NCBI RefSeq assembly: GCF_038025025.1
Contig: NW_027117352.1
Coordinates: forward strand, 62,001-126,000
From: Phyllosticta citribraziliensis
Taxonomy: Eukaryota
Direction of reading: 5' to 3'
DNA length: 64,000 nt
Shown: positions 41,370 through 53,350 of the stretch, piece by piece
Layout of the letters: each line of letters opens with the position of its first letter
Numbering within the stretch: the stretch's first letter is position 1
Notes under the pieces: generated by a model
The model's database searches: none
Told to the model about the DNA's origin: nothing
What the model saw: the letters and a program-made list of their open reading frames with translations, nothing else
Made by a program: the position numbers and the translations under genes

Positions 41370-44300
41370 TCAGCCCTTCAGCTGCGCAAAGGAGCAGAGC
41401 CTTTTGAGAGCTACTCCGTCCATCTGCTGCATTGAGAGGGCTCCGAGCAGGACTTCGTCTTTTGGCAACGACTCGATGCTTAATCGCTTGTCCTTGAGTT
41501 CTTCCTCAGTCATGGCCTTTTCGCCCAGTTTCTTAAGCATTGCCAGGGCTCGATGTGTCACAAGGCCAAAGCCCGTGTCCAAATGATCCATCGGCCGAGG
41601 CATGCCCCGTACTGGAGGCGGCTGCGGAGCTTGTCGTTCCACGCTCAGCAAACCCGAAAGGAAAACGAGCGTCTTGGCCCAGCCGTCTTCAGCCTCAAGC
41701 CATGAGCGTGCCAGACCAGTATCCGGGCCGGGGCACAGAGCCGCGAGAATGTCGGCTGCCAGCATGCCCTGGATGAGGTACGGCTTACGAGCTTCGGCAA
41801 CACGGGCTTCAGGACGGCGACCCTTTTCAGGAACAACAGAGATGGCAAGGCCAAAAGCGCGCGTCAACAGGTCGAATGGTGGCGTAGAAGCAGTGTCGGA
41901 CGAGAAAAGTTGCTTGTAAAAATGTCTGTTAGGATCATCGCGCGCAAGCAGTTTCGCTAGACAGTCGACTGCGGGGGGCAGATAACGGTGGACTGCCGGA
42001 TTGTAAGAAGTGAAGCGGAGAGGTGTGTTGGCGTTCGGTAGAGGAGTTGGAGCGAAGGCAAGGAGAAAGTTGAGGATGTTGAATGCGTCCTCGCGGGTCG
42101 GCAATTCGATCTTATCGGACGTGTTGGAAAGGAAGGTGATGACGTCCTTCATGAAATCAACCGTGTTGAGGCTGTTTCGGAGAAGCATGATGCGGGTGCC
42201 AAGGAGTCGGACCGTGTTGGATATGAATTTGATGACAGGAGCACTCGACAACATGGCGTGGTTGGACTCAAAGAACGACAGGTTGCGGAGGACTGTGGTG
42301 ATGGCAATGAGACGGTCCGCAGCACGGTCCATGTCGTATGCAACAGAGCCGTACTCGGGGACATCCTGCAAGCTCTCGAGCTCTGTCCGACAGTTGCGCA
42401 TCACGTCTTCGTATGATGTCAAATCAATAATGTCCGACACCTCCGCAGCGTCCTCGGCGAGCGCGTCAACTTGGTCCTCGGCGCAGTCGACAATGGCATC
42501 CATCAAATCCTCACACTTGTCCAGCTCCAACTGCAGTCGAGGGTCGTGTGATAAGCGCACCAAAACATCGAGAGCATAGCGGACTTCCAGATGCAGTCCA
42601 GATTGGAGAGACATGCTGATCGCGCGTAAGTCAATAATCCCCATTTCCTCGGTATTCGGCACATCAGGCTTTAACTTGGCAATCTTTTCACCAACGCTTC
42701 CAAGTTCCTGGACTGAGAGGCCGCCGTACGTGTCGGCAAGCTGGCGCTTTCGAGGGGTAAAGTTTGAGTCTAGGGATATTTTCTTCTCCACCGCGGATGT
42801 TTGCCCATTTTGTAGCGCAGGCCCATCAGCTGGTTTTGGCAAGGTTTCATTCACCTTTTGCTCCGGGCCGGGCGATGGCGCAGCGACTGAGCCAGCAGCC
42901 TGGGGTTGAGGCGTCGATTCCAGCGGCCTGCTCATGCTCTTCCTTTGCAAGTTTTCCTGCTGCGACGCGGCATTCGAGTCCGCCTGAGGAGTTCCCCAGC
43001 CGTTAGCTGCAGGCACGGAATTGTTCCTCATTGGAGTACTCTGGTCCACCGGTGGCTGTGAAGCCTGCATTGAGGCTCTCTGCTGTAATCTCTGCACATA
43101 CTGCTGCTGCTGGGCTTGAAGATCCTGTGCATTGCTTTGCATGGACTTCACAGGCGTCTGCGGAGCGCCACCAGCTCCCGGCATCTGGCCTGTTTGTCCT
43201 TGTCGCCTTTTGCTAGCCAGCCATGCTTGTTCGTACGGAGCCAAATTCGTCTCATATATCATCCTCAGCTCTTGCCCTGCCATCGGAAACTGCTGTGGCG
43301 GAAACCCCAGAAACTGTGCTATTTGCGGCCAGGCATTGGCTTGTGACACGTTCTTGGAGCCGCGATGTCTCAAGACCAAAGTATAGAGCTGGAGGAGGCT
43401 CACTGGCCGCATCGCAATCATGGGCTGCGGATTGAATGGGAGGCCTTGTGCTTGCATCAAACTGGCCACGGTATTGAGAAAGGCAGGCTCTGTTGCTTTA
43501 TTGGGCGCGTTCATCCCCGGCATCGGACCTTGATTGGGGCGCATTCCACCTGCCATTGCCATGGCGGGATTCATCTGCTGACCCGAAGATCCGAGCATGT
43601 TCATCCCTCCAGCCTGCTGCTGTTGTCTTTGCTGCGCGAAGTTGTTGGCCGCAATCTGCTGCTGCTGTTGCTGCAAGCGCATCTGATACATGCGCTGCGC
43701 GTCAGCTTGTCTCTGCTGCAAGTTTTGCGATAGAGCAACGCCCTGAACCGGCATCCCGTTGTTGAAGCCCGCCGTGGACATGGCGGGATTCATTCCGAAG
43801 CCAGGGTTGAAATTTTGACCCTGAGGAGAACCCTGCATCATGTTCATGGCAGCAATCTGCTGAGCCATGGCTGGATTGTGCGGGGTGTTTACGCGACTTG
43901 TCTGATCGGGGGTTGGAGACATGGCCATGCCTTGCTGCTGGGGGAATGGATGCGGCGACATGGTCTGCATGCGCTGGGCGTTTGGAGGCGGCCTGAACTG
44001 CTGGTTCTGCATGGTCGGAGAGGGAGTGGCATTGGAAGAGCCGCCCTGGTGTAAATGTTGATAGGGATTGGGCGCCTGGAGCCCTTGGCCTCCATGCTGA
44101 GGATTGCCCTGGAAGCCGCCCGGCGCGAAAGACATTTGCTGAGGCGTCTGTGAGCGCGACAGAGATATGTTGCCGGGAGCAGGACGCGGAGAGGCGCTGG
44201 GCGCGTCTTCGGAAGGATGAGGCCTCTTGGAGGGAACGATGGAGTTGACTTGATAGACGGGGTTCTGGAAGGCGGCGGGCGAGACATTGCGCACGTTGCC

Positions 44301-44483
44301 GTTTTGCAGGCGCTGCTGCTGCAGCTGGGGATTTTGGAACTGGTTCAGGTCGAGCGAATTTGGGTTGAACATGGACGGGTCGATGAGGGAGTTGGCTGAG
44401 TCGAGGAAGCCATTGCTAGCAGAGAGGGCGGCGTCGAAGTTCATTGCGCGGACGCGTCCATCAGCCTGAGGGTTTGAGAGCAT
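41370..44483 (-). CDS. SWI1: SWI/SNF ARID-domain subunit (Swi1/Sol1-like); start uncertain (ATG 44483 or 44444, or a spliced upstream exon)
   Basis: Q/N/M-rich N-terminus; ARID-like VSLLQLYTLV...GSKNVSQANAWPQIAQFLG...IYETNLAPYE; C-terminal SLQSGLHLEVRYALD, TVLRNLSF, AKLLARDDPNR. Confidence 0.85.
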   Translation of the reverse strand: MLSNPQADGRVRAMNFDAALSASNGFLDSANSLIDPSMFNPNSLDLNQFQNPQLQQQRLQNGNVRNVSPAAFQNPVYQVNSIVPSKRPHPSEDAPSASPRPAPGNISLSRSQTPQQMSFAPGGFQGNPQHGGQGLQAPNPYQHLHQGGSSNATPSPTMQNQQFRPPPNAQRMQTMSPHPFPQQQGMAMSPTPDQTSRVNTPHNPAMAQQIAAMNMMQGSPQGQNFNPGFGMNPAMSTAGFNNGMPVQGVALSQNLQQRQADAQRMYQMRLQQQQQQIAANNFAQQRQQQQAGGMNMLGSSGQQMNPAMAMAGGMRPNQGPMPGMNAPNKATEPAFLNTVASLMQAQGLPFNPQPMIAMRPVSLLQLYTLVLRHRGSKNVSQANAWPQIAQFLGFPPQQFPMAGQELRMIYETNLAPYEQAWLASKRRQGQTGQMPGAGGAPQTPVKSMQSNAQDLQAQQQQYVQRLQQRASMQASQPPVDQSTPMRNNSVPAANGWGTPQADSNAASQQENLQRKSMSRPLESTPQPQAAGSVAAPSPGPEQKVNETLPKPADGPALQNGQTSAVEKKISLDSNFTPRKRQLADTYGGLSVQELGSVGEKIAKLKPDVPNTEEMGIIDLRAISMSLQSGLHLEVRYALDVLVRLSHDPRLQLELDKCEDLMDAIVDCAEDQVDALAEDAAEVSDIIDLTSYEDVMRNCRTELESLQDVPEYGSVAYDMDRAADRLIAITTVLRNLSFFESNHAMLSSAPVIKFISNTVRLLGTRIMLLRNSLNTVDFMKDVITFLSNTSDKIELPTREDAFNILNFLLAFAPTPLPNANTPLRFTSYNPAVHRYLPPAVDCLAKLLARDDPNRHFYKQLFSSDTASTPPFDLLTRAFGLAISVVPEKGRRPEARVAEARKPYLIQGMLAADILAALCPGPDTGLARSWLEAEDGWAKTLVFLSGLLSVERQAPQPPPVRGMPRPMDHLDTGFGLVTHRALAMLKKLGEKAMTEEELKDKRLSIESLPKDEVLLGALSMQQMDGVALKRLCSFAQLKG

Positions 44484-45507
44484 CAGCAAGCGACCACGAC
44501 CATCAGCATGCGACGCGACGGCATCGAAACAGCGACGAGGGACGACGGCACGCAGCACTGGGTCGACTTTCGCGGGCGACGCGCGCCAGGTAAGCCGATC
44601 GGGGGGGATGCGGTGAGCGTCTCTCTTTGGTTTGGGCGGGAGCCGACGGGGCAGCAGGCAGGCTTTCAGCCACGGAGGACGGGCAGCATACGAGCGCGTA
44701 GGCCCTCGCACAGGTCTGGGTGATGGGGAGATTCGGACTGACTTACTAAGGCTCAGGGCGGAGGAGGATAAGTCAAGGTAGCTTGATTGGGGGGGTCGTG
44801 CTGAGAGGTCGATTCTGATGGAACGGGATGAGAGAAGGGCCAAGAGGCTGGCGCGCTCGGGAGCCAATCCATGCTTAGCGAGCAGCGCCGGCGGCCACGG
44901 ACGGATGGACTGAGGGGAGACGACAATCTGATGTCGCCAGCAAGAAACGCTGGCAGAGACGAGATGCAGAGACGCGGACGACCCTCTTCTCCACCAGCAT
45001 TCGGTCGAGGCTTTTTCCCCGTCTGTCCGTCTCGACAACACTGGCAGACGCTTAAAACGGATTGGTGGCCCCAAAGCTAGCTGAGCAACAGGGATGCGCA
45101 ACGCAACAGTACGGCACGAGATGTTTAAAGACGATTGCCTGTACGGAACCGACGCCCTTTTATATCAACTCCCCATCCCAACGGCCCTTGGCTCTCTGTT
45201 CGCCCTCTCCCCGCCCTCGTCCCTGTCCCCAACCCAACAGCCGAATCTTTGTGTCTCCCTCCCCCGATGACGGCTCCGGCTCCAGGAGGTGGGCCGACCG
45301 GACGGACTGATTCGACCACCGCTCTGCCAACACCTTCCCCACAGCCCAGCCCTGGAGGATGGAGATCAGGTCCTCATATCCAGACCCGAGGCTGGCGTCT
45401 GCACAGAGAGCCTGTGCGGGGCGGATCTCCGGACATGATGCTTTGCGCGTGCTGAGTGTCTCGAAATAGGCCCTTGTCGCCTTAGGCACCTGTTGTCCAA
45501 GGCTGGC

Positions 45508-45640
45508 GAGTGGGTACAGCGATGAATCTGAGCAGTTCCGCTGCTGTCATAGGGAACGAACGCTCCCAAGGCGCAGCTGTCGTTGTGAACGAACGCTCCC
45601 AAGATGCAGCTGTTGTAGCGAATGAAGGGTCCCCGGGCTC
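45508..45640 (+). mobile_element. Degenerate copy of TIR element (3 units)
   Basis: GAACGAACGCTCCCAAGGCGCAGCTGTCGTTGT / GAACGAACGCTCCCAAGATGCAGCTGTTGTAGC at 33-bp period. Confidence 0.7.
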
Positions 45641-46211
45641 GACCATGGCATTTGACGACCACTCCTGGCGCGTTGCTTCGGCCACTGTAGTGCGGGAGAG
45701 CTGGCTCCGGGGGCATCTCAGGCAGGGAGCCCAAGTCGTGGCACGCACAACACCAATTATTAAGGAGAAGATAGGGAGCATATCTATGCTTTGGTACACA
45801 GTCGACGGGATCTTGTCGAGCAAAATACCCCCAGCTAGATTGTGAGAAGCATTCGTGAGCATCTAAAGGTTCAAATTCATAGAAGGGAACAGAGAGGCTC
45901 CGAGCTCCACTTGCGGAACTCATCATGAGCGTTTTCCCCGTCACGAGTCTGCAACCGATTCTGCCGCCTCAGCTCCCGGTCCAGGTCCCACCGCCTTCTC
46001 TGCACGTGAATGGCCTTGGCACGCGGGCGGCTTGCATCCCGATCCGTCAACCGCTGAGGCGCGTCCATCAAGCTCCACCGCAGCTACAATCCGACTTCAC
46101 ATCATCGCCCACATTCACCTCTGCGCTATCGTCCCCCGTTGCTCCCGCCCGCTACCCCGACATCCTCACCCACATCCTTGAAGCGACACGACCCCAACCA
46201 CACCCTCCATC

Positions 46212-47684
46212 ATGTCCGACGTTGCGGTCGAGAACCCGGCCAACCAGGTGCCACCTCACAAGAAGGCCCTTCCATCCTCCATCCCCGATATCGACTCGCT
46301 CGAAGGCTTCACCGATGAGAAGAACGACCAATACTCCACCTTCAAGAAGCTCCAAAGACAGCTCGAGTTCGTGCCCCGCCGTCAAGTTGCGCTCAATCCG
46401 ACGCAAGTGCTGATCATGTCAGGTACATTCAATTACAGGAGGAATACATCAAGGATGAGCAGAGGTTTGTCCTGTTCGGAAAATAGCTACCTGCGTACTG
46501 ACAGCTCGACAGGAGCTTGAAGAGGGAGCTCGTGCGCGCTCAGGAGGAGATCAAGCGCATTCAGAGCGTGCCGTTGGTCATCGGACAATTCATGGAGGCA
46601 ATAGACCAAACGTGCGCAATGGTCGTATCCTTTCCAACAGCCAAGACTAACACGATACAGTACCGGCATCGTCCAATCCTCAACCGGCTCCAACTACGTC
46701 GTTCGCATCCTCTCCACCCTCGACCGCGAACTTCTCAAGCCTTCTTCCTCCGTCGCCCTTCATAGACATTCGAATGCCCTCGTAGATATCCTCCCTCCGG
46801 AGGCGGATTCTTCCATCGCCATGTTGGGCGCGGATGAAAAGCCCGATGTTACCTACGCGGACGTTGGTGGATTGGACATGCAGAAGCAGGAGATCCGGGA
46901 AGCCGTCGAGCTTCCCCTTACGCATTTCGACCTATACCACCAAATTGGTAGGCACACAAGAATCGCTAGGTGGTCAAAGTAGACGGCTAACTATTCCCTA
47001 GGTATCGACCCTCCTCGCGGTGTCTTGCTGTACGGACCCCCAGGAACCGGAAAGACCATGCTTGTCAAGGCCGTTGCAAACAGCACCACTGCGTCCTTCA
47101 TTCGGGTTGTCGGTTCGGAGTTTGTGCAAAAGTATCTCGGAGAAGGTCCCCGCATGGTCCGCGACGTCTTCAGAATGGCCCGCGAAAACTCGCCTGCCAT
47201 CATCTTCATAGACGAAATCGACGCCATTGCCACAAAGCGTTTCGACGCTCAGACCGGAGCGGACAGAGAGGTCCAGCGTATTCTGCTGGAACTTCTGAAC
47301 CAGATGGACGGTTTCGATCAGACCAGCAACGTCAAGGTCATCATGGCCACCAACCGTGCCGACACACTCGACCCGGCCCTGCTGCGTCCCGGACGTCTCG
47401 ACCGCAAGATTGAGTTCCCGTCGCTGCGCGACCGCCGCGAGAGGCGACTCATCTTCACCACCATTGCCTCCAAGATGAGCCTGTCGCCCGAGGTCGACCT
47501 CGACTCGCTCATTGTCCGCAACGACCCCTTGTCGGGTGCCATCATCGCCGCCATTATGCAAGAGGCCGGCCTCCGCGCCGTCCGCAAAAACAGGTACAAC
47601 ATCATCCAGTCGGACCTTGAGGACGCCTACTCGAGCCAGGTCAAGGGCGCGCAGGAGGCGGACAAGTTCGACTTTTACAAGTAA
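46212..47684 (+). CDS. RPT3: 26S proteasome AAA-ATPase Rpt3 (subunit 6B); introns 46367-46422, 46465-46512, 46612-46660, 46948-47001
   Basis: [20 protein letters not shown], Walker A GPPGTGKT, Walker [36 protein letters not shown], HbYX-type tail FDFYK. Confidence 0.96.
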
Positions 47685-48230
47685 GCGTCGTGCGGAGCGG
47701 TTGGGGCGTCTTGCGACGGCAGGTAGCAATTCAGAATTGAGACGGCATGCTTGCTGGGCATTGTAGGCGTCTGGCGGTCTAGTCGAATGGATACCGAGTA
47801 AATCACTTTTGGCTCTCGCAGTGCGGAGAATAATGGCAAATTGAAATGACCCCGTTCCACTCTCCTGTGAGAAGAACTCTTGTCTTCGTCCAACTGACTG
47901 GCGATGTGGCGAGGATTGTGGTAGTTGACGCTTGTAGATCGCGGCGAGCCGAGCATTTGAAGATTCAGGCTTCTCTCCATTGTTGCAACAATTGATCTGA
48001 CCAGCCGAGAACCATCAACTCTTACAAGGAATTCACAACACAGCAAGCAATCCACCGATGTTTGGTAGCGAAAGAAATCGTGGCATGCATGATTGATATG
48101 TAGGTTGGGCGTCAATTCGAAGACTATATTGGGTTGACAACGGAGGGTATATGTTGTGTTGAATTGAATCGAATTGAAAAATATTGGCCAGTTTTACTGG
48201 TAAATCTATCAAATTCGGCCATGACTATTT

Positions 48231-51200
48231 TTACTCTAGCCCCTCCTCCTCCTCCTCCTCCTCCTCCTCCTCCTCCTCCTCCTCCTCCTCTTGCTGCAGC
48301 TGCTCTCCCGCTCCCTCTCCCTCATCCTCGCCCGCGTCCTCCCCGTCCCCATCTCCCACCTCGTCCCCCTTAGCCGCCGACGGCGCCGATGGCGCCGCCG
48401 GTCTGGCCCCCTGCTTCCTATACAGGGCGGCCAAAAAGTCAGACGTGCTGGCGTCCTCGATACCCTTGTCGTCGCGCACGCGCAGAAAGCGCGGGAAGCG
48501 CAGACTGAGGCCACGCTCGTCGCTGACGAGGCCCAGCGCGGCCGGGTACGTCGGCGACAGGGTGATGTCGGCGAAGGCGCACTCCCACACCTCGCGCGGC
48601 TCAAACCACACCGAGGGGTGGCCGGCGTAGGATACGAAGGGCGGCTTGGTCGGGCGCGTGTTGTTGACTGGTTTGTTTTCACCATCAGATGTCTTCTTTT
48701 CCTTGACGTGTCCATCATCGTCGTTTTCATCGTCGTCGTCATCACTGCTGCCAGCATCGGCGTCGGGGTCATACCGCGCGCGCATGGCCTCGTAGAATTT
48801 GTCGGTGAAGCCAGAGATGCACTTGGTGACGGCCTCGAGGATTCCCGTCTCTGGGTTGCGCACGGCGAGCAGGACGGGGCTCCACCACTTGTGCTTGCGG
48901 CCTTGGCCGTGCCAGCCGCCGATAGGTATTAGGTCTATTGTGTCGGCTGACGTGTTGTAGTCCTTTTTCACCTTGAGCCATGAATCGAGCCGCTTGTCCG
49001 GCTCGTACGTTGCGAGGAGCGCTTTGCGCCTGCCCCCTGTTTTGGGTGTGTCTGTTGCGGCGTCCGATGTATCGTTTGTTGCTGCGGCTGCATCTGACAC
49101 GGATTTTGTCTTGGGCTTTGTCTTTTTCGTCTTTTTCGACGGGTTTGGTGGTGGCATTGGTGAGTCCCTTTGCTCGCCTGCCTCGTCCAAGAGGGTGGGG
49201 TTTGGCAGGTTGTCAAGAACCTTGACCATGATGCCTTCGCATTTGATATCGGTGGCTTGCTTGAAAAAGTCGCTGATAGCCTCTTGGTCAGCCGACGTGG
49301 CATCCATGCTCTTTACCCACGTAAAGTGATGGGGGATCTCCGTAAACAGGCTCCGAAGTAAAGACCTCCGCTCTCTGAACGGCTTATCCAGCAGTTCGAC
49401 TCCATTCAAAAACATCAAATCAAAGGCAAACAGACACACGTCAATCTTGACGCTTTGGATGACCACGTCTTTCCTGGCCCGATTGGCGAGCACTTGGAAG
49501 GGTCGCAGTTCACCACTCTCGCGGTCGATGGCGACGACTTCTCCTTCGAGAATGAAGCTGCTGACACCTTCGCCTCGGATTTGTGGCACCAGGGCCACCA
49601 GGTCTGGGTACTTTTCCGTCATGACTTCCAAATGCCGAGAGAAAATGGTCACCTGGCCGCGCTCATCGCAGTGAACCTGTGCTCTTTGGCCATCGTACTT
49701 GAATTCGCAGCTGAATTCACGGCCTTGAAGCTTGGTGAGCATCTCTCCAGTGTCCCGGGTAATGCTTCCCAACATGGGTCGAAGCGGGATGTGGAGGGCC
49801 AGGCCGCATCTAAGGAGCAGTCCGTCGCACACACCAATCTCAAGAAGAGTCGGGATAAGGTCGTTGTAGTTCGGGCGACGAGCAAAACTCGCCTTGACTA
49901 TTTCTTCATTGCGTGAGTAGATCTCTGCCAATTCTTCCTTTCGTAACTTTGCAAGTGACGCGGCTTCTCGCACGGGAAACTCTGCTACAGGTGGTCGTGA
50001 CAGGAGGAATGCCCGTGAGAGAGCTATCAGCATGGTGGTCTTGACGGCACCAATGCGCAAATGCTGCACCAGGGTCCGGACAACATAACGGGATTCTTCT
50101 GCGCCCCGGGCATCTTGGAGCAAGCGCTCCACTATGCGTTGCTTAGCCTCCTGGCTGCCCTGGCCTTTACTATTTGCTATCTTGCGCAGTGAGTCGTAAA
50201 CGCCTTTGATAGTCAACGGCTTGGGCTTCCGAAGTGTGAAGCTCTGGCGCTTTTTGGCCTCGAATGCAACATCACCAGCGTCGCCATATTTGTTGTAAAG
50301 ACTCTTGAGTCCACCATTATCAAGACCGTATGACGTCTTAAGGGCCTTTGAGATAGCAGATCCGCCTAGGCCAAGTTCAAGGTCGATGTAAGGAGGAGAG
50401 ATGGAATTCGTTGCAAGCCATACCTGTAGAGTTCATCAGCTCTGATCATTGGATTCCGCCACGGCATAGGAGGTGTCGAAAGAGATGAGACTCCCTGGAT
50501 CAGCTGCGGCAATGAACGAATGCTCCACAAGCGCAACTGTAGTAGTGAACGACTGCTCCCTAAGCCTAACTGTAGCAGCGGATGAATGCTCCCCAAGCGC
50601 GCTCGCATTACCAGAAGGTCTCATTTCTTTCGGTGCAGGAAACTTTGATTTGTAGGAACCAATTATGGGTCATTTTAAAAACTTACCGCTGGAAGCAAGC
50701 TTTCAGGATCACCCTCGATGATAGTCCGAAGCAGATTCACCAAAGTGTCGACAATCTTGATGCGGCTCTGCGTGCTATTGACCAAGACAAAGCACCTGGT
50801 GAGCAGAGCATACGTGGCATGCCCACCGTCTGCGCCCCAATGCACCTTGAGTTCCGACAGGTATTTGGCTGGATCGAATTGCAGCGGGCTCTCATCGAAT
50901 GGTATGTTCGTGGTTATGGTGTCTTCCGCCGTCGCCGTGGACTGTAGCTTCAAGAAGTTTCCCCCTTGGTTCGGTTGTTTGGTCTCGACTTCATGAGCTG
51001 GCTCGGTTCCAAGGGGCTTTGGCGCGTCCTCCGAATTGAGTGGCAACGAGGCCTCCTTCGAGGGGGCGTCCTTCAGTCCACCATGGTGTCCATTTGGCGG
51101 TGGTGTGTGTGTTTGATCTTGACCGACTCCTGCCTCCCTATCCCACTCCTCCTGCAGCTTCCTTGCCAATTGTTCATCCGTCAACGCCGTGTCGTCCGCG

Positions 51201-51358
51201 GGCTCTGTTGGTGTTTGCGTGTCTGTCGCATCTTTGGGACCCGGCTCGGCAGCTGTTGGAGTTTCCTTCTGCTTGTTGAAGAAGTAGTCGAGGCTGCGGA
51301 CGGGGGCGTCTGAAGCAGCAAATTTGTTCTTCCTGCGGCGTTTTGCAGGGCTGCTCAT
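48231..51358 (-). CDS. ATP-dependent DNA ligase, ligase I family paralogue; 263-nt intron 50424-50686; poly-Glu tail
   Basis: Motif I CEFKYDGQRAQ, FILEGEVV, FAFDLMFLNG, CEGIMVK, WLKVKKDY, SLRFPRFLRVRDDK; PIP-box-like RSLDYFF. Confidence 0.92.
48243..48290. repeat. (CCT)n/(GAG)n microsatellite encoding the poly-Glu tail of the ligase
   Basis: About 16 CCT repeats seen directly. Confidence 0.95.
50466..50632 (+). mobile_element. TIR element copy (3 units) inside the DNA ligase intron
   Basis: GGTGTCGAAAGAGATGAGACTCCCTGG ... 3 units ... CCAGAAGGTCTCATTTCTTTCG. Confidence 0.88.
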
Positions 51359-52241
51359 TGCGGGGCGGAGGTGGCGTGATGTCGGCGCAGGCGCGTGGGG
51401 AGCTTGATGACGGTCGAGCGACCCGCGACGTTCAGATCAATCGCGTCATTCGTGGGGATCCTTGTCGCTGATCTCCCGTTGACGCTAAGCCTATTCTGTG
51501 CTGGGTCGCAAGACGAATTCGTAGCACACACAACCTCCCAATCACTACATGTACCTTACACTCATAGATGCTTGACTGCTTCCTGTTAGTCATCAGTTAC
51601 CGCGTATGAATGCTTCCCACCAATCGGTCAGAAGAAAATAGTATTCATAAACCAATGAAAAGCAAAGAAGTAAAGTAAGCCGCCAACTTTTAGGGGAAGA
51701 AGAGGAAAAGGGGGAAATAAGCAGAATTTTCGAATCAGGAAAAAGCAAGAAAGCAAGAAAGCAAAATTAGCCGCCAACTGTTAGGGGAAACGAGGGGGAG
51801 GGGAAAGTAGGGCAGGGGCAGGGAGGTGAAATCAGGTTATGAAAAGCAAAGCCACTATGTAGGGTAGAGGAACGGCCCTGAGTCTAAAGAGTCCATGATC
51901 TTCCACTACCAAGCCTCATAGTCGATGTGGAGACCATTGAGGGCCGTTCTTTTTGGTGGCGTTGGGCTCAATTTTCGGTTGCGTGCCAACGAGGAATTAG
52001 CAGGCGGGGTCATTTGATTAGTGCTTCAGTTGAGATGGCCGGATGATGTCTGCCTCGGCGCCAGCCCACCGAGTTGGCTGGACGAGCCTTGTCGGCTCGT
52101 GTCCCTGCCGAATTGGCCGGACAATGTCTTTCTCGGCGCTCGTCGGCTCGCAAGTCAGCCGAGACGGGCTGCGTACAGAGACATGGGATTTGAGCTCGTA
52201 CTGCGGTTGAAACGGGCGGAGTGGTGGTGACTCGGGGCGAA

Positions 52242-52910
52242 TCATGGATATGGAGCCCGACGCAGTCGACCTCCAAATCGGCCCCCGACAGCAGTAAGTC
52301 TCTTAGGGGTTGGATTGGCAGACGCACCCGCCAAGCCGCTTGTTGGACCTGTGTTATCTCGGAGAAGGCAATCCCTGACTGAGGCCGGCAAACCAGGGTG
52401 CAGATTCTGATTGGGTAGTCCTCCAGGCGGGGAGGCGGTCATCTGCGAGGCGTGAATCTGCTGCATCTTCCTGAATTCTGGTTGACGCTCATCTTCGTTC
52501 AGCAAGTCGTTCGGCCACAATGCCAGAGGGATCGCGTTGCGCAAATGGCAGCGCAGCAACTCGTCCACACTGGGCCGGTAGTGAGCTTTGAGGCCCTGAT
52601 AGACTTGCAGAAGTTCCTCGGCTGGTTTCTTGGCCAGGATCATGAGCTTGTTTTCCTCGATGTTTTCAACGATGTCTTCGTAGCGCAACTCGGCGGCTTT
52701 GACATTCTCCTCATCGATCAACCCCTTCTGGACGAGTTCCTGGAGCTCCTTGTTCTTCCGGCGTTCGAGGATTCTTTTGAATTCAGGCAGGCGTTGGATG
52801 GACTCCTCGAAAACTCCACTCAGCCACCAGTCGGTGGCCTCACTGAGGTCCCACATCAAGCCCACCCGGGCTACCACGTGGTAGTCCAAGTAACGGTTTG
52901 CGATAGCCAT
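52242..52910 (-). CDS. Hypothetical orphan protein (~222 aa), charged and predicted helical
   Basis: ATG ORF with protein-like composition (EESIQRLPEFKRILERRKNKELQELVQKGLIDEENVKAAELRYEDIVENIEENK); no motif recognised. Confidence 0.55.
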   Translation of the reverse strand: MAIANRYLDYHVVARVGLMWDLSEATDWWLSGVFEESIQRLPEFKRILERRKNKELQELVQKGLIDEENVKAAELRYEDIVENIEENKLMILAKKPAEELLQVYQGLKAHYRPSVDELLRCHLRNAIPLALWPNDLLNEDERQPEFRKMQQIHASQMTASPPGGLPNQNLHPGLPASVRDCLLRDNTGPTSGLAGASANPTPKRLTAVGGRFGGRLRRAPYP

Positions 52911-52928
52911 CCTTGCTACAAGTCGGCT

Positions 52929-53350
52929 GGTTGTGCCAGATGTGCTGCCCAGGTGAAGTCGGCTACCGACGCAGCTGTTCACGAGAACTGAAGAAGGTGA
53001 GGCCCTCGCGATGGCGATGGCTTGAGCGATTGTTGGGATTTGAAGTGGTGAAGGTGAATTGTTGAAGTGTTGCGCCTGCCGGTTGTGCCAGATGCGTTGC
53101 CGAGGTGAAGTCGGCTACCGACGTAGCTGTCAACGAGAATTGAGGAACGCTGAGCCCTTACAATGGTGATTGCTTTAGCGGATTGTCGGGTCTTGGGGTG
53201 GTGAAGGTGAGGTGTCGAAGTGTTGTGTCTGTTGATTGTGTTAGATGGGCTACTGAACAAGGTGAAGCAAGTCGGCCACCGACGCACCAGTCAACGAGTA
53301 TTGGTGAAGGCAGAGGCCCTCGTAATGGCGCCGACTTGAGCGGATTGGTT
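52929..53350. repeat. Imperfect tandem repeat, ~152-bp unit, about 2.8 copies
   Basis: GGTTGTGCCAGATG...AGGTGAAGTCGGCTACCGACG...GAG(G)CCCT...GTGGTGAAGGTGA recurs at 52929, 53081 and 53234. Confidence 0.85.

Noticed and set aside
44484..45101. N-terminal ~206 aa of the 1243-aa ORF
   Set aside because: Non-ATG start and UTR/intron-like composition; SWI1 probably starts at 44483/44444 or via a spliced exon.
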